The position numbers were made by a program, and so were the translations under genes. The notes under the pieces were generated by a model. It worked only from the letters and a program-made list of their open reading frames with translations, was not told the origin of the DNA and searched no databases. Positions 8,445-17,521 of a stretch of 64,000 nt of DNA are shown here, piece after piece. The stretch comes from Armatimonadota bacterium (GTDB lineage Bacteria > Armatimonadota > SYMT01): the NCBI GenBank assembly GCA_041690135.1, contig JAWLHY010000002.1:624342-688341 (forward strand), given 5' to 3'. Numbering within the stretch: position 1 is the first letter of the stretch; every line of letters starts with the position of its first letter.

Positions 8445-8959
8445 CCAGCCCAGGCGGTCCAGCTTTTGTAGTCAGGCGCTCGTCCGCCGTTGGTAGGGTA
8501 GCGACATAGGCTTGGCTTAACTCTCGCCGGTGGGCGCCCTAAGGAGCGGTTAGCCGGTCCGAAGTTCTCCTACTCTTAATTACCGGTTCGGAAGCCGGGG
8601 GCGTTTGCGATCTCTCCACCGGATCCCATAGGAGCGCGCCTGGGAAGCAGCAAGGGGATGGGGGAATTAACTATACAGTTTGACCGATCGGCACGAGCCC
8701 GTTTCTCCACCCAGATCAGCGAAGCTTGCCGGAGTGACGGCGCCGGGTAACCCGTACGGGGTGTCGGCCTCCCGATGGGAAGCTGTACCTGTTCAGGTAC
8801 TTGCACGGACCCTTGAGATGCAGCCAGCGTGCGGTCTCCGGTTGCCCGTGCTGCATTCTACCACCAGCGCGAAAGGAGGGATGCGCCCAAACAGGGGGAA
8901 CGGTATTCCGGGCCCGGCGCCTCCGGATAGACGCGCGCCGGGCGGGAGAATCGATTCCA

Positions 8960-9727
8960 ATGCCAGATACGAGCATCGCCGCACAGCTTTACACCCTGCG
9001 AGATTTCCTGAAGACCCCCGAGGAGATCGCCCAGTCCCTCTCTAAGGTTGCTGCCCTGGGCTACCGCGCGGTTCAGCTTTCCGCGCTGGGTCCGATCGAT
9101 CCTCATGACCTGAAGAAGATCGCCGAAGATGAAGGGCTGACCATCTGCGCCAACCACGTCAACTTCGAGCAACTGCGCGACAACCTGGACGCCGTCGTGG
9201 CGGAGCACGAGATCCTGGACTGCAAGTACGTGGCGATCGGAAGCATCCCCAATGACTACCGGACGGGAGAGGGCTATCACCAGTTTGCGCGCGAAGCCTC
9301 CGAGGTGGCGAGACGCATGAAGGAGCGGGGCCTCATCTTCGGTTACCACAACCACAGCTTTGAATTGGAGAAGTTCGACGGCAAGACGGGCCTGGAGATC
9401 CTCTACAGTGAAAGCGACCCGGAGGTGTTCACCGCGGAGATCGACACGTACTGGATTCAACATGGCGGGGGAGACCCGGCCTGGTGGATCCGCCGGGTGA
9501 AGGGCCGAAGTCCGCTGGTCCACTTGAAGGACATGGTTATGCGGGGGCGCGAACAATTCATGGCAGAGGTCGGTGAAGGCAACCTGAACTGGCCCGCCAT
9601 TCTCGAGGCCTGCCGCGAGGTGGGGGTCGAGTGGTACATCGTGGAGCAGGATCACACCTACGGCCGCGATCCCTTCGAGTGTCTCGCAACCAGCCTTAAG
9701 AATTTGCAGGGGATGGGACTCGAGTAG
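8960..9727 (+). CDS. Sugar phosphate isomerase/epimerase (IolE/xylose isomerase-like TIM barrel)
   Basis: QLYTLR, YHNHSFE, EIDTYW, HLKD, VEQD motifs. Start trimmed to ATG 8960. Confidence 0.9.
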   Translation: MPDTSIAAQLYTLRDFLKTPEEIAQSLSKVAALGYRAVQLSALGPIDPHDLKKIAEDEGLTICANHVNFEQLRDNLDAVVAEHEILDCKYVAIGSIPNDYRTGEGYHQFAREASEVARRMKERGLIFGYHNHSFELEKFDGKTGLEILYSESDPEVFTAEIDTYWIQHGGGDPAWWIRRVKGRSPLVHLKDMVMRGREQFMAEVGEGNLNWPAILEACREVGVEWYIVEQDHTYGRDPFECLATSLKNLQGMGLE

Positions 9728-9729
9728 GA

Positions 9730-9866
9730 TTGGCAGGTTGGCAGGTTGGCAGGTTGAAGGTTGAAGGCAGTGGGCGGTAGGTAGTGAACACAAGCCCAAC
9801 CACGTCCAATCCGTCCGACATTCTCCAACCCGAACGCCCAACGCCTGAACACCCGAACACCCGAAT
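9730..9866. repeat. Short tandem repeat arrays (TTGGCAGG/TTGAAGG and CCCGAACA-like)
   Basis: ttggcagg x3 then ttgaagg x2; cccgaacg/cctgaaca/cccgaaca array further on. Intergenic. Confidence 0.75.
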
Positions 9867-9884
9867 GGCATCCCGGAGGGATTG

Positions 9885-11036
9885 ATGAGCGATATAACCA
9901 CCGCGCGCGATGAAGGGATCCGGCTGCTTCAGGCCGGCGATATGACGGGAGCGCTGAACCTGCTGCGACAGGCTGTATCGCAGAACCCGTCAGACGGGAA
10001 AGCATATGGTTACCTGGGGGTCTGTTACGCCCGCCTGGGAGATTATTCTCTCGCGGTGACGGCCCTCCAGCATTCCGTGCGCCTGATGCCGAACGACCCG
10101 GCGATGCGGTTCAACCTGGGGATGACCCTATTTCAAGCGCAGCGCTACGCGGAAGCCAAGCCGGAGCTGGAATTGGCCCTCTCCCTGAACCCAAACCACA
10201 GCGGCGCTCGCGATCTCCTGGGGCGCATCGCCGGCCTGGGAGCGGCCGCTTTGGCGCCACCAGCTCCGCCACCGGCTCCTCCTGCTACCTCTCCGGCTGG
10301 GTCGGGCGGACTGGGCCAGCCAGCCCAGCCGATGGGCATGGTCTCGGCTCCCACGCCCGCTCCGCTCTCCACCGCCCCCGCCCCGGACTGGAACCCCCCA
10401 CCCAACCCGGGAGCGGGAGCGCCCCCACCGATGCCCTCCTGGACTCCCACTGGGGCGACGACGCCCCCGCCGATGCCTTCGTGGTCTCCGGTGTCCGCCC
10501 CTGCGAATGCCGCCCCGACCGGGGAGTTTCCCCAACCCGGCATGGCTCCTGGGGTCCCGATGGCGCCTGGGGGGATGCCGCCGGCGAGCGGGGCTTTCCC
10601 CCAGAGCCCGCCGGCCGCCGGTGGTCTCCAATACACCCCGGCGGATGCCGGGATTTCCCCGGGGCGAGAGCCGGGAATCGGAAAGCGCCTGCTGCGCGGG
10701 TGGCTGTGGGGTATCGTCTATGGCCAGTGGTGGACGCTGTGGACCGTCATTTCCACCTTCCTCTGGAATGCTGATAAGTTCAACCCCGGCGCGACGTTGG
10801 TCATGGCGTTCATCTACGGGTTCTTTGGTAGTCTCACCGGTATCGTAATCGCGGCCACCAACGCGCGGGAAGGCACCGCAGCCGGGATCGGTGTGGCGGC
10901 CGGCCTTCTGATGATGGGGCTGGAGGTGCTGATCGGGGGCGCCCTGGCCTTCATCAACATCATCTGGTACTTCTTTACCGGCCGCTATGTGGGCGCGGGC
11001 CTGGCTGGGCGCGTGCATTCCCTGATCGACGAATGA
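9885..11036 (+). CDS. TPR-repeat / Pro-rich linker / C-terminal multi-TM membrane protein
   Basis: About 3 TPRs (AYGYLGVCY, RFNLGMTL), a long Pro/Ala linker and about 4 hydrophobic segments. Confidence 0.85.
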   Translation: MSDITTARDEGIRLLQAGDMTGALNLLRQAVSQNPSDGKAYGYLGVCYARLGDYSLAVTALQHSVRLMPNDPAMRFNLGMTLFQAQRYAEAKPELELALSLNPNHSGARDLLGRIAGLGAAALAPPAPPPAPPATSPAGSGGLGQPAQPMGMVSAPTPAPLSTAPAPDWNPPPNPGAGAPPPMPSWTPTGATTPPPMPSWSPVSAPANAAPTGEFPQPGMAPGVPMAPGGMPPASGAFPQSPPAAGGLQYTPADAGISPGREPGIGKRLLRGWLWGIVYGQWWTLWTVISTFLWNADKFNPGATLVMAFIYGFFGSLTGIVIAATNAREGTAAGIGVAAGLLMMGLEVLIGGALAFINIIWYFFTGRYVGAGLAGRVHSLIDE

Positions 11037-13369
11037 CCTGCGCGAGTTGTCTCAAAGCGAACCTGCCGGGGGGAGCCCGGTGCGTCTATTGCGGGATACC
11101 CTTTCCCTCGCTGCCGGACTTCGACTTCGGTGAGGGCGGACCTTCCAGGGTCGGAGCCGCCTCGGAGGGTTCGTCGGACGCCGGCCCCCAGGTGCCGCCG
11201 AAGCGCGGGGTGTCCGCGGGCCTGCTGGTGGGGCTGTTTCTCTTCCTCTTCAAGTGGAAGTCGCTTCTCACCCTGGCGAAGGCGTTTCCCGTGCTGGGCA
11301 GTATGCTGCTCTTTATCTGGGCGGATGCGCAGTTGTTCGGGTGGCAGCTCGGCACGGGGGTCGGGGTCAGCATCCTGATCCACGAGCTGGGGCACGTGGT
11401 GATGAACCGGCGGCATGGGCTCAAGTTCAGCGCGCCCATGTTCATCCCGTTCGTCGGCGCCGTGATTGCGGTGAAGCAGTTTCCCGCCGATCCGAAGGTG
11501 GAGGCCGAGTGTGGGGCCGGGGGGCCCGCGGCGGGTCTGCTCGCGGCGGTGGCGTGCGTGGGCATCGGCCACGTGACGAACCAGCCCGTCTGGATGAGCA
11601 TCGCTTTCCTGGGGTTCGCCATCAACCTGTTCAACATGGTCCCGTTCTGGCAGCTCGACGGAGCCCGCATCTTTTCGGCGATCGGTCCGGGGAACTGGAA
11701 CTTCATCCTGATCGCGCTCTTCCTGATCGTGCTCAAGGCGCCATCGGCCATCGTCTGGGTCTTTCTCGTACTGCTTTTCCTGCTGCGGTTGGGGAGAACG
11801 CAGGAGGGACGCCACAACCTGGCGCTGCCGATCGTCCGCGCCCGGATTGCGGTGGTCTACCTGGGGCTGCTCCTGGCCCTGGCCTACGGGGCCGAACACA
11901 CCCGCAGCGCGCACGAATTCATCTCCCAGGCGCGCGCGGCAGCACCCCTCTCCCGCTCGCTGGACGCTGGTCCGGCCCTGGAAGAGCATGAGGTCAGCCA
12001 ACCGGCGCCTCCTGCTTCCTCGGGTGCGCGACCCGCGCGGGGCCGGACGAGCCCTCCGGGCTGGGTGCCGGCCTTGATGTGGGTCCTGGGCTCGTTCGCC
12101 CTCCTCCTCTCCGTGGTGGTTCTGGGGGTAGTGGCCCTGGCCTGGCCGCTCACCGCGAGCTGGCTGGCGCGCGCGGCCGGGGAACGCCTCCGCAATCGCG
12201 GTCGGAATCTCATCGCGGCCATGTTCGGGGTCCTGGCGGCCCTGGGCGCCTTCACGTTCTGGGGTCTGAATGAGGGCTGGCTCTCGAGCCGCGACGCTCT
12301 GGAGTTGGGGGGAGCCTACCTCGCGGGAATGTTCGCGGCGCTGGCCTTCGCGGGCTACCACGTGACCCACGCCGCCCACCAGGTGGCGCGGCCTCCTCAC
12401 CACTGGCTCACCTGGCGTTGTTTAGGCTGGACGGCGGCCGGCGCCCTGGCGGTGGCCTATGCCGTGGAGAACCTGTGGGTGGTAGCGGCCGTAGCTCTCT
12501 GCGTGGCGGTCTTCTATGCCCAGCGTCCCTGGCTGCTCCCTTCGCTTGCCGCACGCTGGATGGAGGGATTCGGCTACTCGGAGCGCGCCATTGCCCTCCG
12601 GGAGCGCGCGCTGGGCATGAAGCCGCATCCGGAAGTGCTGGGGGATCTTTACGACGGCCTCACGCGCTCCTACCTGAAGCTGGGGCATGGCGACAGGGTG
12701 CTGGACACGCTGAGCCGGGCGACCAACCACGGACCGCAGCCGGACCCGGCCAGTTTTGCGGCCCTGATGCGGGCGTGCTGGCGCGCCCTGGGCCTGGTGC
12801 GGACGGAGCGGTTCGGGGAGGCGCTGGCGCAGTGCGAGGAGATCTTGCGAGCGCCTCAGGGAGACCGCGCCGGTAAGCTCCGGGTCCTCCTGGTGCGGGA
12901 GATTCTGGCGGAGCTGGCCCTCCATCGTGGGTGGCCGGAAGAGGCCCGCTCCCAGGCGGAGGTGGTGCTCCGGGAAACGCCCTCGACCGCCGGCAGCACG
13001 GAGCGATCTTTGATCGCCGGCGCTCGCTGGGTACGCGCGCTCGCGATGGCCACGGAAGGTCGCTCCGATGAAGCGCTGCGGGAGACGGAGCGGGCACTGC
13101 AATGGGGTCGTGAGCCGGAGGCCGAAGTGTCCGCCGCACTGGTGCGCGCGCGAACCGCCCTGGCACGCGGGGAACGCGACGAGGCCCTGCGGGAGGTGCA
13201 GGGCGCGCTGAAGCGGCTGCCGGGTCACCTGGAAGCGCGGTATCAGCAGGCGGTCCTGCTGCGGGAGAACGGCGCACCCGAAGGAATGTCCCAGTTGGCT
13301 GCCCTGGCCCGGCAGTACCCGCACGACCGTTGGGGGCGATTGGCTGCTGCTGCGCATGGCGATGCCTGA
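11033..13369 (+). CDS. Site-2 protease (M50) with N-terminal Zn ribbon and C-terminal TPR-like region
   Basis: CASC...CVYC; HELGH; NMVPFWQLDG; many TM segments. ATGA overlap with the upstream gene. Confidence 0.9.
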   Translation: MTCASCLKANLPGGARCVYCGIPFPSLPDFDFGEGGPSRVGAASEGSSDAGPQVPPKRGVSAGLLVGLFLFLFKWKSLLTLAKAFPVLGSMLLFIWADAQLFGWQLGTGVGVSILIHELGHVVMNRRHGLKFSAPMFIPFVGAVIAVKQFPADPKVEAECGAGGPAAGLLAAVACVGIGHVTNQPVWMSIAFLGFAINLFNMVPFWQLDGARIFSAIGPGNWNFILIALFLIVLKAPSAIVWVFLVLLFLLRLGRTQEGRHNLALPIVRARIAVVYLGLLLALAYGAEHTRSAHEFISQARAAAPLSRSLDAGPALEEHEVSQPAPPASSGARPARGRTSPPGWVPALMWVLGSFALLLSVVVLGVVALAWPLTASWLARAAGERLRNRGRNLIAAMFGVLAALGAFTFWGLNEGWLSSRDALELGGAYLAGMFAALAFAGYHVTHAAHQVARPPHHWLTWRCLGWTAAGALAVAYAVENLWVVAAVALCVAVFYAQRPWLLPSLAARWMEGFGYSERAIALRERALGMKPHPEVLGDLYDGLTRSYLKLGHGDRVLDTLSRATNHGPQPDPASFAALMRACWRALGLVRTERFGEALAQCEEILRAPQGDRAGKLRVLLVREILAELALHRGWPEEARSQAEVVLRETPSTAGSTERSLIAGARWVRALAMATEGRSDEALRETERALQWGREPEAEVSAALVRARTALARGERDEALREVQGALKRLPGHLEARYQQAVLLRENGAPEGMSQLAALARQYPHDRWGRLAAAAHGDA

Positions 13370-13443
13370 CGGGGGCGTGTAGTAACCGCGCAGGTACGGG
13401 TTCTCCAAGGGAAGCCGACCGGCCCACACTCACCGGCTGTTGA

Positions 13444-13485
13444 AAAACACCGCCCGCCCCCAGCGCTGGGGGCGGGCGGTGTTTT
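13444..13485. terminator. Bidirectional intrinsic terminator between convergent genes
   Basis: Perfect inverted repeat AAAACACCGCCCGCCCCCAG-CG-CTGGGGGCGGGCGGTGTTTT with A/T tracts at both ends. Confidence 0.8.
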
Positions 13486-13511
13486 GTTGCGGTTATGGAG
13501 TGGTTGGACCC

Positions 13512-15059
13512 TCAGGCCTTGCGGACGATGGCGGTGGGGTTGGCGGAGAAGAGTTGCCCCTTCTTGAACTTCTCGATCGTCTGATTGGCAGAAAGGGCGA
13601 AGACGATGGAGTAGAAGCAGGCCGCCAGGACCAATCCCAACTTCTTGAGCGGGGATGGCTGGAACTCCTTGGGCAGGAACCGGGAGTTCACGTACAGCGT
13701 GTGCAGGATGCAGCAGGTGATGGCCAGGTTCGCCAGGTTGGCGTTGAACACCATCATCTTCTGGGCCGGGATCTGGAACAGCGTCACCGTGATGCCGACC
13801 GTTACATACACCCCTACGAAGCCGTAGTAGAGCCACTTCACCTTGTGCGGCTCCGCCTGGTGGGCGCGACGGCTGCCGGACCAGATGGCGTCCGTCCAGC
13901 GACGCGCGATCCCGTCCATGGAGCTGAACTGGCCGGGGAAGAGGATGATAAACCCGCAGATGAGCGAGAGCACCAGGAAGATCTCGCCGTGCTTCGCGCC
14001 GAAGTCAATAGCCAGGGTCGCCGCGGCTTGGAGTTCCGCGGTCTTCTTCCCGAAGTAGTTGTTCTGGATGACGTAAGCGCCGAGCACGCACGGCAGCATC
14101 ATGCCGATGATGCTGCCGATGGTCCAGAGCCCAAACTGGTCGACCTTGATGTGCGTCATCCAGCGGTCGAACCGATCTTTGTTTTCGGCGGTCGGCCGGG
14201 CCATTGTGCCGATGTTGTCGAGGGTGACCCCCTTGCCCCCGAAGGCGGACCCGATGGCGCCGACCTTGGCGCCCATGCCCCAGCCCTTTTCACGGACAAA
14301 GTTGCTGGCGAGGATATTGCCGAAGCCGCCGATACCCGCCAATCCGGCTACGGCGCCTACGAGGTCCCAGCGAATGCCTTCCCCTTCGAGGCCCGCGGGC
14401 ACCGGTTTGAAGGGGTTGATCATGCCGGTGACCACCTCGCCCCACACGCTCAACGGTACGAACACGACGGTGACGAACAACAAATAGAAGAGGACGAAGA
14501 GTACTTTTCCGCCGAGTACGACTTCCAGCGTGTTGTAGATCTTGCCGCCGAAGCAGAGGAGAAAGCCGCAGAACAGCAGGATCCCGCAGGCCGTGAAGCT
14601 CGTTGCTTCCTGGGTAGGCGTGGCGCGGGTTACGGTGAAAATCAAGATCTGTGCGGCAAGCCCTGCCAGGGCCGGCATCCAGGAAAGAGAGTCCAGGAAC
14701 AGGTACCAGATGAGCCAGAACCGGGGACCCGGCTTACTCCGCATGAAGCCGGTGAACATCGGCTCGCCCGTGGCCAGGGTGTAGCGCATAACCTCGGTGT
14801 TCAGCATGACCTGACACAGCACCGCCAGTGGTGCTACCCAGAGATATGCGCCCCGGTAAAGGGCTGCAACGCCCGCACCGATCACCCATTCTCCCGTACC
14901 AATCGTTCCGCCGATCATCACCAGGCCAGGACCGAGGAGTGCCAGGATGTTCTTCCATCCGAACGGCACCGGCGCCGGCATGTCGTCGACTTTCCAGCCC
15001 GGAAGACAGCCGGGATCTACCGGGGGCTTCTCAGGCACGCTTGCACTCGTCGCTTGCAC
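13512..15059 (-). CDS. Nramp-superfamily (APC) membrane transporter
   Basis: LGPGLVMIGGTIGTGEW...RYTLATGE motif; about 11 TM segments. Confidence 0.8.
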   Translation of the reverse strand: MQATSASVPEKPPVDPGCLPGWKVDDMPAPVPFGWKNILALLGPGLVMIGGTIGTGEWVIGAGVAALYRGAYLWVAPLAVLCQVMLNTEVMRYTLATGEPMFTGFMRSKPGPRFWLIWYLFLDSLSWMPALAGLAAQILIFTVTRATPTQEATSFTACGILLFCGFLLCFGGKIYNTLEVVLGGKVLFVLFYLLFVTVVFVPLSVWGEVVTGMINPFKPVPAGLEGEGIRWDLVGAVAGLAGIGGFGNILASNFVREKGWGMGAKVGAIGSAFGGKGVTLDNIGTMARPTAENKDRFDRWMTHIKVDQFGLWTIGSIIGMMLPCVLGAYVIQNNYFGKKTAELQAAATLAIDFGAKHGEIFLVLSLICGFIILFPGQFSSMDGIARRWTDAIWSGSRRAHQAEPHKVKWLYYGFVGVYVTVGITVTLFQIPAQKMMVFNANLANLAITCCILHTLYVNSRFLPKEFQPSPLKKLGLVLAACFYSIVFALSANQTIEKFKKGQLFSANPTAIVRKA

Positions 15060-15214
15060 AACAACTCCCTCGTTACGGCAGCTCAATCGGGATCAACAAC
15101 ACCCGCCCGGCGCCGCACCTGTTATTTACGCAGCTAATAGCCCGAGATTCCTTCTTGAGGTGGAGTTTCGGGCCTTAAGCAGGCGGGGCCACACCTCAAC
15201 GCGTGGCCCCGAGG

Positions 15215-17359
15215 TTACGGGCGTGGCCGGACGTAGAAGTCGGCGCCGGAGGGCACCTTGGTCACGAAGGCGTCGGAGCGTCCGCGCCGGCCCGTGTTGG
15301 GGATTGTATTGGGAAAGCCGTGGGAGTCCGTGGCGCCGGTGACGTAGAAATAGCCGTACCGATCCACGGCGATGCCACGTCCCTGGTCTGGACCCTCGCC
15401 GCCGAGATAAGTGCTGTGGAGCACCTGGGTGCCGGGCGCGGTGACCTGCACGGCAAAGGCATCCTCAACGCCGCCGAACAGCATCTGCGCGCCGTACTTC
15501 ACGGGGAAGTCCGGCGAAGTCGACTGGCCGGTCAGGTAGATGTTGTCGTAGGGATCGAGGACGACGCGGTTGCCCTGGTCCAGGTCGCTGCCTCCCAGAA
15601 GGGTGGAGTGGACTAGCGATCGACCGGCGCGGTCGATGCGGGCCAGGAAGGCGTCCCGCGCGCCGCCGAGGGCGGATTGCAGCGGGAGTTGGAGGGGGAA
15701 CTTCTTGGAACCGGTCCAGCCGGTGACGACCGCGCCGCGGCGGATGTCTTCCACAATGTCGAGGGCGGCTTCGTCGCCGGCGTCGCCCAGGTAGGTGGAG
15801 TAGACGATCTGCCGCCCGGTCCCATTCAGCTTCGTGATGAAAGCGTCGCTGGACCCTTTCAGCGCAGACTGCATCGCATTTTTCACCGGGAAGTCCGCGC
15901 TGGCGGTTTGTCCGCAGAGAAAGAGGCCGCCCTTCCCCAGGCCAACACCCCAGATGCCATCGTCCGCTGCGCCGCCCAGGTAGGTGGAAAGGGATGCTCC
16001 GCCGCTTCCAGCGGTAGCGATCGCCAGGAACCCGTCCGTCCCGCCGCCGTACTCCTGAAGCGGTCGTCGGAGCGGAAAGTCCGGAGAGTCGGTTACCCCC
16101 ACCACGTAGACCCGTCCGGAACCGGTAGCGGCCAGGTCGCGAATGTAGTCGTCCCCGCTGCCCCCAATGTAGGTGGAGCGGGTGATCAGCCTTCCGTTGC
16201 GGTGGAGTTGGAGATGGAACCCATCCACGCCGCCACCGGGACCCTGACCCCTGCGCACCAGGGGAAAGTCCGGGGAGTCCGTGTTTCCGGCGATACAGAG
16301 ATGCCCTCCGCGGGCCAGGGTAAGGCCGATGCCCGTATCGTTGCCGCTGCCCCCGATGAAGGTCGTGAAAAGCGGGGTGCGTCCTCGCGGGTCCAGCTTG
16401 ACCACGAATACATCCGACTCGGGTTTGCCGTCCTTGGTGCCGGCCGGAAACGCGGTGGAAAACGTCTCCCCTACAACGTAGGCATTGAGGCTGCTGTCCA
16501 GCGCGATCGCGTTCCCGGCATCGTGGGCGAGACCGCCGACAAAGGTGGAATAGGCCAGCTTGTGGGCGTTGGGCGTGCGGACCACCGGATCGATCACCAG
16601 GCGCGAGCCGGGATCGTAAGCGCCAAGTTGGAAGCCGACGGTGTCCCCTTCGAGCCGGTAGTTGCAGGCGATCCGTTTCCGAACCCCCTTCGTTTCCTGG
16701 TAGGCGAAGGGTGCCAGGTGCCGGATTTCTCCGGCAGGAGTGTCCAATACCAGATCGCCGGCCGGATCGACGCGCGGGCGGTCGGCGCCGTCGAACCGCA
16801 GCTTTACCTGGTACGGATCTCCCCCCGGCGCCACGACGAAGTCGTACTCAAGGGACCCGTTGCGTCCGTAGTAATCCAGGTCCACGCGCGGGTAGACGGC
16901 TGCATAGCCCACGCGGGCGAAGGTGGGGACTTCCGTCCGCCACTTCCGCGGATCGTTGCCGATCAGGTAGTTCACCCGGCCGGGTAATTCCGCGCCCCGA
17001 CGACGGTCGGGAGCCCGATTGGCGCCCACCAGGCGCATCCGTACGGTAGCGGTCCGGCCCGCGTCCCGGCCCGCCTTCGGCGCGCCCGGTCTATCCGGGG
17101 AACGTACCGTCAGAGCCATTCCTCCGCGGCTGAAGTAAGCGCCAAAGTCTCGTCCGCGCGCCAGGAAGTCGACGCCGGAGCTTGCCTGGCCCACGTTGGG
17201 TTCGAACGCCACGGGGAGGGTGAGCGGAACGGGGGCGCTATGTTTCGCGGGCGCGGTGGTCCCGTAGGGGAGCGGGGAAACGCAGGGGGACTGGCCGGCG
17301 AGGGTGGCGCCGGATAGAAGCAGCAGGGATAGCGGTCGATACTGCGGCCGCGGGGTCAT
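15215..17359 (-). CDS. Secreted SBBP-repeat (beta-propeller) protein
   Basis: FEPNVGQ...VNYLIGNDP..W...YDFVVAPG N-terminal domain plus repeated YSTYLGG...D.G..IA.D..G..YV.G.T.S.DFP units. Confidence 0.9.
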   Translation of the reverse strand: MTPRPQYRPLSLLLLSGATLAGQSPCVSPLPYGTTAPAKHSAPVPLTLPVAFEPNVGQASSGVDFLARGRDFGAYFSRGGMALTVRSPDRPGAPKAGRDAGRTATVRMRLVGANRAPDRRRGAELPGRVNYLIGNDPRKWRTEVPTFARVGYAAVYPRVDLDYYGRNGSLEYDFVVAPGGDPYQVKLRFDGADRPRVDPAGDLVLDTPAGEIRHLAPFAYQETKGVRKRIACNYRLEGDTVGFQLGAYDPGSRLVIDPVVRTPNAHKLAYSTFVGGLAHDAGNAIALDSSLNAYVVGETFSTAFPAGTKDGKPESDVFVVKLDPRGRTPLFTTFIGGSGNDTGIGLTLARGGHLCIAGNTDSPDFPLVRRGQGPGGGVDGFHLQLHRNGRLITRSTYIGGSGDDYIRDLAATGSGRVYVVGVTDSPDFPLRRPLQEYGGGTDGFLAIATAGSGGASLSTYLGGAADDGIWGVGLGKGGLFLCGQTASADFPVKNAMQSALKGSSDAFITKLNGTGRQIVYSTYLGDAGDEAALDIVEDIRRGAVVTGWTGSKKFPLQLPLQSALGGARDAFLARIDRAGRSLVHSTLLGGSDLDQGNRVVLDPYDNIYLTGQSTSPDFPVKYGAQMLFGGVEDAFAVQVTAPGTQVLHSTYLGGEGPDQGRGIAVDRYGYFYVTGATDSHGFPNTIPNTGRRGRSDAFVTKVPSGADFYVRPRP

Positions 17360-17521
17360 CACGGAAATCCTCCGGCAGGGCGCGGGCCGCTCTACCGGAG
17401 GCTCCCCTGTGGGCAGGCCCGGTACCAACGAGGCAAGCGCTGACTGCTACAGGAGCAGCTTATCGCTTCTCCTCCCGGAATCCTCCGTGTTCACCGGATT
17501 CCCAGCCTGGGCTACGGTGCA

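Noticed and set aside
8700-8725. TPP riboswitch-like CTGATCTGGGT (minus strand)
   Set aside because: Lacks the CTGAGA element and the downstream TAATNCCNGCGNAGG.
10985-13433. Long minus-strand ORFs (472, 335, 257 aa)
   Set aside because: Arg/Pro-rich shadows of the site-2 protease gene.
13440-15137. 565-aa plus-strand ORF
   Set aside because: Antisense shadow of the Nramp-like transporter; no recognisable motifs, and such shadows are expected at high GC.
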